A stretch of 63,069 bases of DNA, filler included, from Reticulomyxa filosa (GCA_000512085.1; 16 parts of 16 records of this genome joined end to end with filler, not necessarily neighbours in it), one strand, 5' to 3'. Positions 11,218 to 23,845 are shown, counted from the first letter of the whole stretch. Made by a program: numbers and translations. The notes: a model not told the origin generated them from the letters alone.

Positions 11218-11806
11218 TTAATAATTAATAAATACAGAAATAAACTAGAAGCTAAAAATTATGAAATAAAAGCTATGAGCTCACAGTACTGAAAATTAGT
11301 AAAAATATTTTGCAGCATTAATTTTAACAATATTTGTAAACTTTTGAAAGAGCAAATAATACGTTCTCTACGATATTACAGAACGAGCATTCACTATGTT
11401 TCATCAAACCAACTAAACAATTTCTATTGGAGTTTAAAATGGGCGCGATAAATCACTAATGTTTTCCCTAATAAATTTAAAGAAAACATCTCTAGCATTA
11501 ACTCGGCACAGCACCAAGAACAAAAATATTCAACTCCTGGAAACACAAGGAAATGTTAATATAGAATGATCTAAAAAAGATTGAGTTTTGCAGATTATGA
11601 AAATGACATCAACTAATCTTTTCGACCATATTTTGATTTTAATATTAATTTTTTATTTGATCCTCAGGAACGTTAATTTAGAGTGATTGCATATGTTATA
11701 GTTGCTTTCTCAAATATGAGATTTTAGAAAAGAAGGAAAGCTTTACCTTGAGATGATGAAAAAAAAGCTTTAATTATTTAAATATCAAAACACCATTTTG
11801 AAAAAA

Positions 11807-12765
11807 TGAGCTATGAACTTTTCTTAAAATCACGGTATGTTTCTTGGGCTCTAAGATCATTGTATGTACTTGATTGTGTCCAAAACAAAAATCAATCAAA
11901 GTGAACAAACACCAGACACTGGCGTCTCAAATTGCAATCCTTTATTTTATTGATTTACTCTGTGTACCATGGTAATGGCTTGGTTCCAGTATTTCGAATG
12001 GTGATGCTGTGTTTTGTGTGTTGTATATAAAAGTATAAAAACCTCGAATTTAGATCAGAAAAAAGAAGAAAGAGAGGGAATGTATGTATGCTCGATGGGA
12101 TTGTTGAAACAAACAAAAAATAGTTTATAAGCAACAGTCACAGCTCGTCGTTGGACTTTTTTCAATTCGGACACCGAGTCGGCCTGGCATTTTATTGGGC
12201 ATTCTCTATCCTGAGCATAGGATTATGGTGGTGGTTGAGCTTCCGAATTTTATGTCATTTGCACTGGTTTTATGAGAACAAAATCTGGCAAAGCAAAAAC
12301 AAGGTGATTGCTTTTATCAGTTGTGCTTCATGGTTGCTCGGACTATTTTCTTGGACACTGTCTGTCTTGCTAACAGTTGCGCTTTTTCGGTCCCTTTTTT
12401 TTTTTTTTCCTCCACATCGCTCCTCTCTACCCCCCCCCTCCCCCCTACTATGCACTAAAAAGATATAAATGGGATTGGTTGTATATATACACATACATGT
12501 ATACACATATACGTATGTGTATTTTAGCATTCATTAGATACTACCGTTGTCGCAGCATCCATTCTTCCATTGTGGAATAAGTGGTTACCTGTGAGTTTAG
12601 TGGTGGTGATATTACGAGAGTTTGATACAGATGTACAAAGAGAGCGCCGAGTGATATTCTGGATCAAAATGCTCAGTGTGTTCTTGGCTCCTTATGTTGT
12701 GCTGGCATTGCTGAGTGGAATTTATCTTTTAGTTATTACTTTTTTTTTTTTTTTTATTTTTTTTT
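11807..12765 (+). CDS. Uncharacterised multi-pass membrane protein, multi-exon, 3' truncated
   Basis: ATG at ~11807 followed by GT-AG introns; hydrophobic ORF segments at 12151-12468 and 12570-12765. Confidence 0.5.
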
Positions 12766-12865
12766 NNNNNNNNNNNNNNNNNNNNNNNNNNNNNNNNNNN
12801 NNNNNNNNNTTAATTAATTAANNNNNNNNNNNNNNNNNNNNNNNNNNNNNNNNNNNNNNNNNNNN

Positions 12866-14676
12866 ATGAATTACTGACAAAGTCATTGAAGACATGGTTT
12901 AACGAGGATGATTTCGAGGAGTCAACCCCCATCAATTGCTATCACCGCAAGGCATTATGGTTATTGACAGAATCGCGATTGAGTCTTTTGCCTGATTCAT
13001 GTCGCAATGAATTTGAGACATGTTTGAAGTCCAAGTCAGAATATTTTGACTTTAATAATGAGTGTTGGAATGACAAAGACCGCAACCAGCTGGGATTATG
13101 TATTAGAAATCCTCCTTGGAGTTTGGATTGGTTTTTGAAACTAATTTTCAAAGACTCAATACAACAGTTTTACTTTTGTAATGATTAAGATAACACAATA
13201 TAATCTTTGATGTTGTGGTTATCATGTGAATAGAGAAATATCCCCATCTGATGTCAGTGTTGACGAAAAAGAAGAAAAGACTTTCCGACCTTCACCTGTT
13301 GCCAATGAATCGATATCAATACGAATGGGCTTATTGATTGGTCAATTGCGACAGTGCATTTCTTATGCTAAATGGAAAGACATTCTCATCAATCACCAAA
13401 ATATGGATATCCTCAAAAAAATATGGAGTTTCATACAAGATACAATGAAGACATTGATGAAAGATATAAAAGAAAACGAAATCAACTTTACACTTTGCGA
13501 ATTTCTCAAAGCAGATGAAAATGAGACACACATCAAAGAATTATCAAACTCATTTGACCAACAAGCATGGTCCACAACAATCGAAAAGTTTAACAAATTC
13601 AAAAAATGGGAGGCCATTCTCCAACAGCTTTTATCCATGAAATATTTAGAAGAAGTTCCGAGTGACTTGGAGTTACTACATGAATTTTTAAAAGATCCAA
13701 AGAATTTTTATCTTTCCAAAGCGGAACTACAGTTTGGAAATGAACTGAAATTGCTGGAGTGTTTTCAAGATGAGTTTCAAGCAATGATTGCTCGAGAAAA
13801 AAATCAAGCATTTCGTATAAAGTGGAATAACTGCAAGGCACAATTCCAAAATTGGAAATGTTTACAAATGAACGTTCAGCCCAACCGATCAAATCTAACA
13901 TTAGATTTGAAAAATCAATTGTCTCATTTTGTTGAAAAGACAGCCAAAAAAACAATTCGAAGGATAATGACAGCATGGAGACATGTGGCAAACACAGAAA
14001 GCAGAATTCAAGCGCAGCCATCAAAATTGATCAAAGATTATTTGCAAAACACATATTTCTTTTCCGAGGAATTAAATTTTTTTCCACATCAGTTATTTAC
14101 TTGGGACTATTGTATTACCGGATACAGTTTTGTTGTTTTATGCTATGAGAACCTTGAAACGAAAGATATCAATTCAGCTCCAACTGCCACGATCGACTTT
14201 ATGGAAGTTTTTGAACATGCCAATTCACAATGGCAAAAAGGAGCAAAGGTAACTTTTTTGAAAAAGAGAGTGCGAGGGAAACTCATTCAATAAATAATAT
14301 TAAAAAAATATAATTTTGTTGTTTGTGATAAATCAAGTCTTCGGAACAATGGGAAACAAAATTCAATACATTATGGGAACTGCATGTAACCTGGCAAAAA
14401 TTTAAGCAAGGCATAGAGACAATTCGGAAACATCACAGAGCAAAGGATAAAATAACCAATGATGAAAAATGGGAAATATTGCAAGAAAAGTTTGATATGA
14501 GTAAGCAATTAATAGAAGATAATGCTAACATGTCAATTGAAGATGCAATTCGTAATTACAATTGGTGTGTGGAATACTTTGGAGATATTAAAGAATGTGT
14601 ACACATTTTTGACTTGATTGTAAACAATGAACAAAAAATTCAAACAATTGCAAGCAATGAAGTGTTTATAAAAAGC
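12866..14676 (+). CDS. Internal fragment of a large alpha-helical protein (possibly the stalk region of an RNF213-like protein)
   Basis: Long same-strand ORFs (12886-13188, 13226-14293, ~14338-14676) run to both contig ends. They are helical with no diagnostic motif, so the family call is tentative. Confidence 0.55.
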
Positions 14677-14917
14677 NNNNNNNNNNNNNNNNNNNNNNNN
14701 NNNNNNNNNNNNNNNNNNNNTTAATTAATTAANNNNNNNNNNNNNNNNNNNNNNNNNNNNNNNNNNNNNNNNNNNNTTTTTTTTTTTTTTTATATTGATT
14801 TATTTAAATCAGTAATAATAAATGAAAGAGAAACGAATGAACAAGAAGCTTTTATTGATTTTTGAGTGGACGATTTTTGTGATCAAAAGAAAAGATGGAG
14901 ATAGTGTAAGCGTGAAA

Positions 14918-15729
14918 TCATGCAGAGGAAGGTGAAGTTTCGAATATTGCGGCGATCCAAGAAGCTGGAAAATTGTTAACATTACATGGGACTAGCCAAA
15001 TGGTTTGAGAAGGAGAATTGGAAATGATATAAGGCTTGATAAGAAATGATAGAGGAAAGACGAGACGAAACTTGAAAGTATTATAACTCCACTTCACAAT
15101 GAATGTTTTTTGCTTCGATAATCGAGTTTCATTCGTGCGAACTTTCCACGTAAAAGTATTTGAACGATTACGATCATCACTATTATAATTTTCTTTTTTA
15201 ACTGTCTTGGGTTTGGTAATACTCAACTTTCCCAATACCTCAATCTTGTCACGTGTTGATCTTATTTCATAGGGATCGTCCATATCCACGTACGCATTAT
15301 TCTTTTTTTCGTCTTTCTCACGCATATCCAAATCGACATCGAACGGTATCGTGGACGCCTTATCATAGACAAAATCGAAGCTGGGCCGAGTCATAAGCGA
15401 TGGGTCAGCATTTGTGTCAGCGAGGAGGCGATTCCACCCAATGGGTCTGATCGCGCAACTGAAAGGATGTTTCAGATCGAAGTTATATCGAATGATGTGT
15501 GTGGTTAAAAAATTACGAAACGGCACTTGCATTCCCATGGAGAACATGTGGTCCACAAATCTGTCATTCGTCACAACAAACACTTCCGTTCCATACAGCC
15601 GAGTGCTGTACAGCATCGCCCATAAGCATGCCAAGTCATCGCTCAAACCACCGGGCGTCTCCAAAAGGATCTTCTCACGTTCCCATCTTTGTATCACTCC
15701 AACAATTTGAGGAAGTTTGGAATATCTTA
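14918..15729 (-). CDS. PRORP-like (protein-only RNase P) NYN metallonuclease, last exon
   Basis: IQRWEREKILLETPGGLSDDLACLWA and VFVVTNDRFVDHMF match the PRORP motifs TP.GSNDDWYWLYA and LVTNDEMRDH, with four catalytic Asp retained. The C-terminus has W.VP and W motifs. Confidence 0.75.
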
Positions 15730-15777
15730 CTATTCAAAAGATCATACAAAATATGTATACGTATACGTATTATATAT

Positions 15778-15809
<32 letters not shown>

Positions 15810-15830
15810 CATATGTTTAGTTTTTTTTTT

Positions 15831-15864
<34 letters not shown>

Positions 15865-15999
15865 NNNNNNNNNNNNNNNNNNNNNNNNNNNNNNNNNNNN
15901 NNNNNNNNTTAATTAATTAANNNNNNNNNNNNNNNNNNNNNNNNNNNNNNNNNNNNNNNNNNNNATATATATTCTTTAAATTTTTATGACAATAGATAT

Positions 16000-17263
16000 A
16001 TGATATATGATACCATCATTTGATATTATAAATATTAGATATAATTAAATGAAAATTCAAACTTTAAAAATTTTTTTGGAAAACCAATTACTTAAAAAAA
16101 ATATATATATAATCCCATTCAAAATTATTGATAATCTTTGTAAATGTGCCATATTTTATATATTTATCTGATATAGACGATTTGTAAATATTAATTGTAC
16201 AATTTATCCACTCAATATATTACTACAGTTAGATAAAATTCTGAGTAAACATAATATTCTAATTGTTATAATTAATTATAATAATTTTCTTCCATATTTA
16301 TCATAAGACAGCTTACAAATGGACTCCGCTAGATTAGGCAAATTGTCATAACACATGTCCTAATTGTTATGAAATATGTTTGCAAAATGACTTCTTAAAG
16401 ATAAATTCAGGATATAATTTAACTTTATTAAACTGAAACCCCATAATATTTTGATCGTTTTCATTTGCAGTCAATGTATTGGTTACATTCACTGAATCAA
16501 TGATATCCACTGCATTTTGTAATAACAAATTGGTTAATTCATTTTTATTGCAATATATATCAACGCTAGATCGCTTTATTAGATTGTCATAATAATCGCT
16601 CTGGTCGTTGATTTCTTCAATGTTTTTTGTGAAAGTACAAATATGTTTTAAAAAGGTTGTTTTGCCCTGTCGTTTTCTATCACACGATTTAACTTTCATT
16701 TTCAATGTCGCCTCGTATGTAGACGAGTATTTCGCCATTGTGACGGAAAGCTCCTATGACAGGATTTTCAGTTGAATCATATCTTGAATCGCACAAATTA
16801 TTTGCATAACCAATAATTGAAATTCGTAAAATCCATTTAGGATTTTCTTTGCTGTCATAAAAAAGGATTTCGTTGTTGTTTTTTTTTATCAGCGTAAACA
16901 TTTTGTCTCCTGCAGTCTATTCACACAAAATATAAATTCTTTCAACAAAAAAAAAAAATTATTAAATAAAGATTTTTCAAATGCAATGTCTTTACAAATT
17001 TCTGATAAATCTTCAAAAAATTTCAAAAATAACTGTTTTCCAATGACGATTACAACTTTCACCAGAATTAATTACTAACCCAATGTTCAACAGGTCAGTG
17101 CCACTGTCTGCTAATTTAAGTTTGATACAAGCTTTTGTATCCTTTTTTCCATCGTGTGTTAAATGTCCTAGTCTTTTCCCACACTTGCCAAAGGAAAACA
17201 ATGAATATGATCTGTGATCCCATTCGTAATCAAGATCTTCAATAATTTTTCTAAGGTTTTTCA
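16000..17263 (-). pseudogene. Decayed, apparently intronless ORF with a Walker A-like motif (P-loop NTPase remnant)
   Basis: Consecutive minus-strand ORF pieces (17013-17288, 16689-16901, 16367-16738) are broken by frameshifts. DRKRQGKTTFLKHI lies at about 16640-16685. Confidence 0.4.
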
Positions 17264-18847
17264 TTTTTTTTTTTTCAAGTAAGTTCACAAAATAAAAAAC
17301 AGGTATTTACACAACACAAACTTTGGACAGATATCTTGACATTCTTGCATTTGTTGCGTGCAATAATTAAATATAGTGTGTTTGCAATTGAGCTTTGGCA
17401 AGTATTGTCGCTGTGACATAGCTTTTTTAATGCAAGGAGCTCCAACTTACATGTACGAAAGAAAAACACTAAGCCAAAAGTGTTTTTTTTTTTGAAAAGT
17501 TAGTCAATTTTTAAATGTAAGTAATTTATCTTAGAAAGTGGATTTAGTTGCAAGCAAACAAATAAGATAAGCATTTTGAAAAGAAATGGTCAATATTATC
17601 ACGTTTTTTTTATCAAAATTTTTAACTAATATTTGACTGTGTTTTTGTCTTTGAGTGATCGTTGTCAAAGCACTTTTCTTGTTCTTATGGATTCATCCAA
17701 AAAAAATCACGAACCGAGTTACAAAACTTCAACAGCAAAGGGAACAGCTCCTTTGCGCTCAGTCAGAATTATTTCTATTCGGAAGTGGTTAATACACCTT
17801 TTAAGTGAATTATTTGCATGTCACAAAGCTAAAGAGCTAGGCACGGTAAAATTGCAAAAGGCAAAAATACAAAAAGAGTAAACGTAGTTCGTCCTCCCCC
17901 CAACGTTGTAAAAAAAAAACAAGAGTAAGACAATATAAGCCAAAATAGGCTCGTTCGATTCCAATTGATTGGATGTTTCCGTGATGACTCATCTGGTTCA
18001 CAACAAACATCTTTTCTTTTTATCCTAACAAAAAAACTAAATGAAAACATAAAACTAAAAATAAAAATCATTTCAAATTGTTTACTGCCGTATTGGATCA
18101 CGGCTTTTCCTGAAACGATCTTACGTAGATTTTTTTTTTGACAAGTTGGATGCACCTTCACGAGACAGAAAAAAAAGAACTTTCTTTTGCTAAAGTATTG
18201 AAATAAAGTCTATTTGAGATTTAAAAACATGCAAAATGTGCATTTTCTTGTTTCGTTTCACAATGTCTTGAGTTGTTTTTTTTGTAGAATAAATATTCAA
18301 ATAGTTTTTGATTTAATTGTGCTATGTGTACACCTCATTTCATTTATGTTTCTTTTTGCATTCAAAAAGCAACAAAATCCTGAAATTTTGCTGTGAAAAT
18401 GTCATTGGAGCAAATTTTTTAGATTGATTTTTGCCATTATCAATTGCATTTAAAAAGGATAACAAAGCAATTGTATTTCCATCAGAATATATGTTGAATA
18501 CCTGCATTTATATTCTTAATAACACCCCACAGCCACGTTGTGTGATCCCCTTAAACAGTTTGTTCACATTCCTGATAATTCATACATATAATGAAGAAAT
18601 CATCGAAGTTTATATTTTATTTTATTTGAATTTTACACCAATGACAATCAAACTTGAATTTCTCCCAGTGAGGCGCTTTGTACTTTTGGGAGCGCAGAAG
18701 GTTGCAACCAAAAAAAACACTGCAAAAAAAAACCCAAAAAAAAAAATGCATTTTGAAAATAGCGACCAATTTATTTTTAGGATCAAAAAATATTGGTCTA
18801 CGCAAATCTAAGAAAAATACAAGTTGTGCGGGAGAAAAAGGATGTGC

Positions 18848-19083
18848 CTAAGATGACCAAAAGATTACAACAGCAACAAGCAAAATGTCGATCCAGGCCA
18901 AGGGTACAGCGCGCAAAAGAGAAGAAGGAACGGTCATTGAACAAGTGACCTTGTACATGCTATACTTAGGGTCAGGATAGCGCCGGGATATGTTACATCC
19001 ATCCGAGTATGCAAAGGAAGCATCAAAGTTTCGTACGTTATCTGGACAATCCGTATCAAGATAGCTGTAATAACAACACACAC
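18848..19083 (-). CDS. 3' end of a Cys-rich surface protein with a hydrophobic C-terminus (GPI signal or TM anchor)
   Basis: The frame is open from the contig edge, Cys-rich, and ends ...VPLAWIDILLVAVVIFWSS*. Confidence 0.4.
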
Positions 19084-19183
19084 NNNNNNNNNNNNNNNNN
19101 NNNNNNNNNNNNNNNNNNNNNNNNNNNTTAATTAATTAANNNNNNNNNNNNNNNNNNNNNNNNNNNNNNNNNNNNNNNNNNNN

Positions 19184-20200
19184 GATTCTTTTCGTTCAAC
19201 CACCATATATCCCATTCGGAAACTCCATCCAAATAGGAATACCAATGAATCAATCATTGCATTGCCTCCATTCTTAAGCATTTGGTTGTGGATGTTATCA
19301 GGACCTTGAGCTTTGTACGGAGACAAATGTCTCAATGCCTGCCTCTTTCGTAATGTCACTTTGATAGATATCAACTGACCAAACTAGTTTTATCCAATTC
19401 CAATGGTTTCGATATAGCTTCTCATCAACACCTTTTGGAGTCTGAGGTGATCTTGCGACTGAATTAGCTTCTTTATTCATCAATACTGGAATGATGTATA
19501 TCTTATTACCTTAAATTGCGTGAATAAATTTCTGGTAGCGAATTGATTTTATTTACCATATGTTGATGCTTTTCTAATTGTGATTTCCTTCGTAATTGCT
19601 TGGAAGCTCTCTTGTAAGCTTCAAATTCCTTGGTGTCCTTTGCTTACGAAAGCAATTCTTTGATTTCTGAACTATCTTTCGTAATCAACTTAAACTGTTA
19701 CTCCATCATCGTCCTGATACCAATTGTTGCCTATCCAGTATCAACAACACATTTGGTCCAAGATTCAATTGCTTTGTCTAATGTCTCTGTGTTATCCAAT
19801 ACAATAGATCCATAGATTGCATCCAATTATCAATGTTTCTTTTCACAGATTCCAAGTCTCAATCTTTTGTTATGTTGAAGAGATTTACATTCCGTTTCAC
19901 GATCATTCAATACTGATATTTAATGTACTTGGTTATGGACCGTGTTGGATGGAAATCTCACGTCTGATCAAAAGAAATCGTTATTGTTCTGCAGTTTCTA
20001 TCGAAAGCAGATTAAGATCCAAGCATTTGAGCAAGAATTACAATCTGCTCACGTTCAATATTAAAATTACGTGGTCTTCAATCCTTCTTGCAATAAACAG
20101 ACATGGGTTGTTTATGATGCAATTTTTGCTCTAATATTTCTGCCTTGGAATAAAATCCTGGAATATTAATAGACTGCTGACCATAGATTAAATATCATGT
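19184..20200 (-). mobile_element. Decayed non-LTR retrotransposon, 5' part (APE endonuclease start and RT N-terminus)
   Basis: NIPGFYSKAEILEQKLHHKQP.VCLLQE (APE motif, ~20170-20085) and ALRHLSPYKAQGPDNIHNQMLK (LINE RT domain-0 motif K.PGPD, ~19345-19275). Many stops and deletions. Confidence 0.8.
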
Positions 20201-20359
20201 CAGTGTTTCCTCGATTTCCAATCCCCATTTGCGCCATCATTGGACTGATGTTTTTTTTTTTTAGATGATGGCTTCAAAGCCAAAGAATTACAGTTTGTCG
20301 TATTCTTGGTGTGATGAACCAGACTGCTTATGATACAGTCAATATTATATCTTGAATGG

Positions 20360-20978
20360 CGACGAAAGTGATTATCTTGACTGATTTCAAGTTTGTCATT
20401 AATGCGTTATTTAATAAATGATATCTATAAAGTACCAATTAATTGTCAAAAGATCCTAAGATCATTTGATGAGGATAATGTTCCAGAAGTGGGTCTTATT
20501 GCAAGCAATGCTCGCAAGCAATGGAACAGACATTTGATTTGTTGATAATCCAAGGCATACGATGCCATGATATTTCTTATCTAACCTGATGGAGGCTCAA
20601 TCATTTGAAAAGATTGTATTGCATTCATTGATATTTAGTGAACGCAAGATTATTTGTCGGTTGATTACTGGCAAAGTTGGATTAATGATTATTTGTACAA
20701 CGTCCAAAGATCAGATTCTCCTGATTGTATTTGCTGCAAGGGAGAAGATGCTGTTGAACATTTCTTGATGGACAGTGAATTACGTCGCAATTGGTGGACA
20801 AATGTCCAAGAATTGCTTCAGATATTAATGTATTGTCCCTGCCAATGAAACAATTCATTATCACAAAAGTTTTGAAGGTTAAATTGAAATGATTTATTTT
20901 CTAAACAAATTTTAAAATAAAATTATTGCTTGGCTTTTAGCTAGCCAATGATTAAGGGAAAAAAATAATAATAATAAT
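20360..20978 (+). mobile_element. Decayed non-LTR retrotransposon, 3' part (RNase H, C-terminal Zn knuckle, (AAT)n tail)
   Basis: KVIILTDFKFVINAL (RNase H TDS-like strand, ~20365-20410) and RLITGKVGL/DYLY..SDSPDCICC..EDAVEHFL (C-terminal CCHC region, ~20658-20770). An A-rich/(AAT)n run lies at ~20959-20978. Confidence 0.72.
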
Positions 20979-21270
20979 CCTTCATCATCGAGTAAACTTT
21001 TGAAAAAAAAGTTGTATTTTGAAGGAAGGCAAGCACAGAACAACTAGATACTGCAACATCTGAAAGTTCGAAGTTAATCTTCGATTATTAACAACGATCA
21101 GATATATATAATTTGTTAAAAGATGTGAATTGAATCTCAATATTTCAATGAGACTTCAACACTTCGAANNNNNNNNNNNNNNNNNNNNNNNNNNNNNNNN
21201 NNNNNNNNNNNNTTAATTAATTAANNNNNNNNNNNNNNNNNNNNNNNNNNNNNNNNNNNNNNNNNNNNAA

Positions 21271-22391
21271 ACATGCAAAGAGTGTTGGAAACGACGACTA
21301 ATTCAATGGAAAATACAATGCCTCAAATTACGAGAAAAATTTCCTGCACTCAATTATTTCTGTTTCAATGAAATACACTATTTAATTCATCAATTTAACA
21401 CTTTACTTTCACCCAGCTGTCATAATCGTCCATTTCAAGCATTTAAATCTATTAAATCATTTCTTCAAAAAATTAATTGTCAAATCACTGACCAAGATGT
21501 CGATAAGGTTTTAAAAGAATGGCAAGATTTGAAGGCATTGACCTATTCCAAGATTTGGAAAAATCGCAATGCATCAGATGTTGACAGTGATGAGGATTAT
21601 GGAGAGCACATTGCAAACGTTGGAACGATTTTGCATTCAGTGTGGCATGCATCTAAACACAATTGCGTTATTGAAAATGTTTTTTCTGTTAGATTACACG
21701 CTGGAAAACCTAATTTGATCCTTTTTCAGAATAAACCACTATTGTCTGAAGTACTTGTCTTATTTGAATTGCAGCAGTATATTCCACGGGCGGAACATAT
21801 TCTGATTTGTAATAAAAATACAACTGAAGAAGAAGTAATATGTTTGATATTTCGGGCGATCACCAATGATAAGCGCATAAAAATGGCAATAACAACAAAA
21901 ATGGATTGGAATTCAGCGAAGCCATTGTACTGTTTAGTGTATCCAGAAAAGTTGGCACTGTCAACATTAAAGCAAGTTTGTGATGTTGTACAAGATTTAT
22001 TGTTGAATAGTGTTCAAGTGGAAAAACTAAAACATTGCCTTTACACGTTTGTTGTCATGTCCTGTGATTCTGATAACTCTTTATGTAAAATTTTGGAACC
22101 GTTTGAGCTTTCACTTTCAAATAAATCATTCCAAACACTTCCAAATCAACTGTTGTCCCAACTTTATCGTAACCTATGGACCAATAATCAGAAGCATGAT
22201 ATTGGCACAAAGCCACCATGGATACAGTTGTATACGTCTGAACAAGTTGCAATGGGAAAAAGTACACTTATTCAAAGAGATATTCAAAGAATTCGAGAAA
22301 TACACAGAGCCAAAACGGTCCATAAAATTTGTGTTGCATTTAATAGTAAAGATATTGATTGGGATCAGATTATGAATAGATTTTGGAGTTA
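21271..22391 (+). CDS. RNF213 (mysterin)-like giant AAA+ ATPase/E3 ligase, internal fragment
   Basis: The frame is open across the whole contig. LREKFPALNYF, LHAGKPNLIL, HILICNKNTTEEEVICLIFRA, LYCLVYPEKL and YTSEQVAMGKSTLIQR are collinear with RNF213 motifs recalled as GQPNLVV, EVLLCTPATTFEEVALLLRRC, VYSLLFADQL and ASERAGVGKSLYVKR. Confidence 0.82.
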
Positions 22392-22491
22392 NNNNNNNNN
22401 NNNNNNNNNNNNNNNNNNNNNNNNNNNNNNNNNNNTTAATTAATTAANNNNNNNNNNNNNNNNNNNNNNNNNNNNNNNNNNNNNNNNNNNN

Positions 22492-22643
22492 TGGTCACTG
22501 AATATCAAGATAAACAAGATGTTGTTGTTGATATGGAAAATGCTGAAAACGCAGAAAATGCAGAAAATGCCGATGAAGCTCCTGCTGAAGAAGAAGCTCC
22601 ACAAGAAGATGCACCAGCTGAAGAACAACCAGCTGAAGATTAA
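22492..22643 (+). CDS. C-terminal end of a foraminiferan/Retaria-type beta2-tubulin
   Basis: A frame missed by the ORF track reads (L)VTEYQDKQDVVVDMENAENAENAENADEAPAEEEAPQEDAPAEEQPAED*. EYQDKQD replaces canonical EYQQYQD and is followed by an acidic tail. Confidence 0.72.
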
Positions 22644-23845
22644 AAACTTAAAACAAAACAAAACAAAGCAAAACATTTGTTTGTTGTATTCAACAGAAAA
22701 AGAAAAATAAATTGGCTTTTTTTTTTTTAATTTTTGGTGTACAGCAATGAAAAATCTCTTTTTGATGCCAAAATTTTTTTTTGACCAAGATTCTAAAAGC
22801 CAATTTTTTTTTTTTTTTTTTTATTCGATCTTCCGAAAAACCCTTTATGTTTTTCAAAATAGTTATTATTTTTGAATTTTTTTTCAAATTTTTGCATGGT
22901 TGTGTTGTTTCAAAAACAACTTTTTTTTTACTCCTCTTTTAATTTGAAAAAAAAAAAAAGTAATTAAATAATTACTATTTTGTTTGGTTTGATGAAAAAT
23001 AATACTCCTTCTTTATTCATCTTTTCGCATCTCGTGCATAAAAAAGTGGCACATGTCAAAAAAATAAAATAATTCCTTTTTGCGATATTTCGTTCCGTAA
23101 AACTTTTTTATACGTTTTTATACGTTCTTAAAAAAAAAAATATCAAAATTACTTCACTTAATGGCTAAAAATTGCACTCATGCTTTTGCTCTTCATTGCA
23201 AATACGCTTGCATCTATTTTCTTTCCTTGTTATTACAACAAAAATTTACATTCGTAATTTGCTTTCCTTTTTATTCACAATTTGTCCATTGAACACTTCA
23301 AATGTATTGTGGCCTTTCTTTGCAACGTGAACAACTCGAAAAAGTGATTTGTAAGTGTGCATACATTATTCAAAGAACAAATATTGCCAGCACTGAAAAT
23401 AATTATCATTTTATTAATTGATGCAAATTATCTGTTAAATGGTATTGATTGTGATAGCTTGTATTTGCTTCAATGTTGTAATAATTGTGCTGTTGTTCAA
23501 ACAACATAATACTGTGAACAAATTTAGAACTACATATGGCATTCGGCCATATATTCTAATTTGTCTGTTCTAATTTCTTGTGTAAACACTAAATATGAAT
23601 TATCCCCGAGCAATAAATATGTTTATAAAACATATAGCATAGTTTGACAAGGAATTGGATATTAATATTGAAACTATTACTGAATGTAAAGTAAAGAATC
23701 AGTTACTACGGTAAGTGTGATGGGTCAAACTTGATTGCAGCCTTAATTTTATACGGATTCTCACAATTTACGTAGTAGTGATCTCAGAGAGTTGTTAAGT
23801 TGAAAAGAAAAAGTGCTAACTTAAAAAAGGATTATTTCATTAACA

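Noticed and set aside
15760-15812. (TA)n/(CATA)n tracts here and in many introns, as possible CRISPR-like or telomeric arrays
   Set aside because: Simple intronic microsatellites with no repeat-spacer structure.
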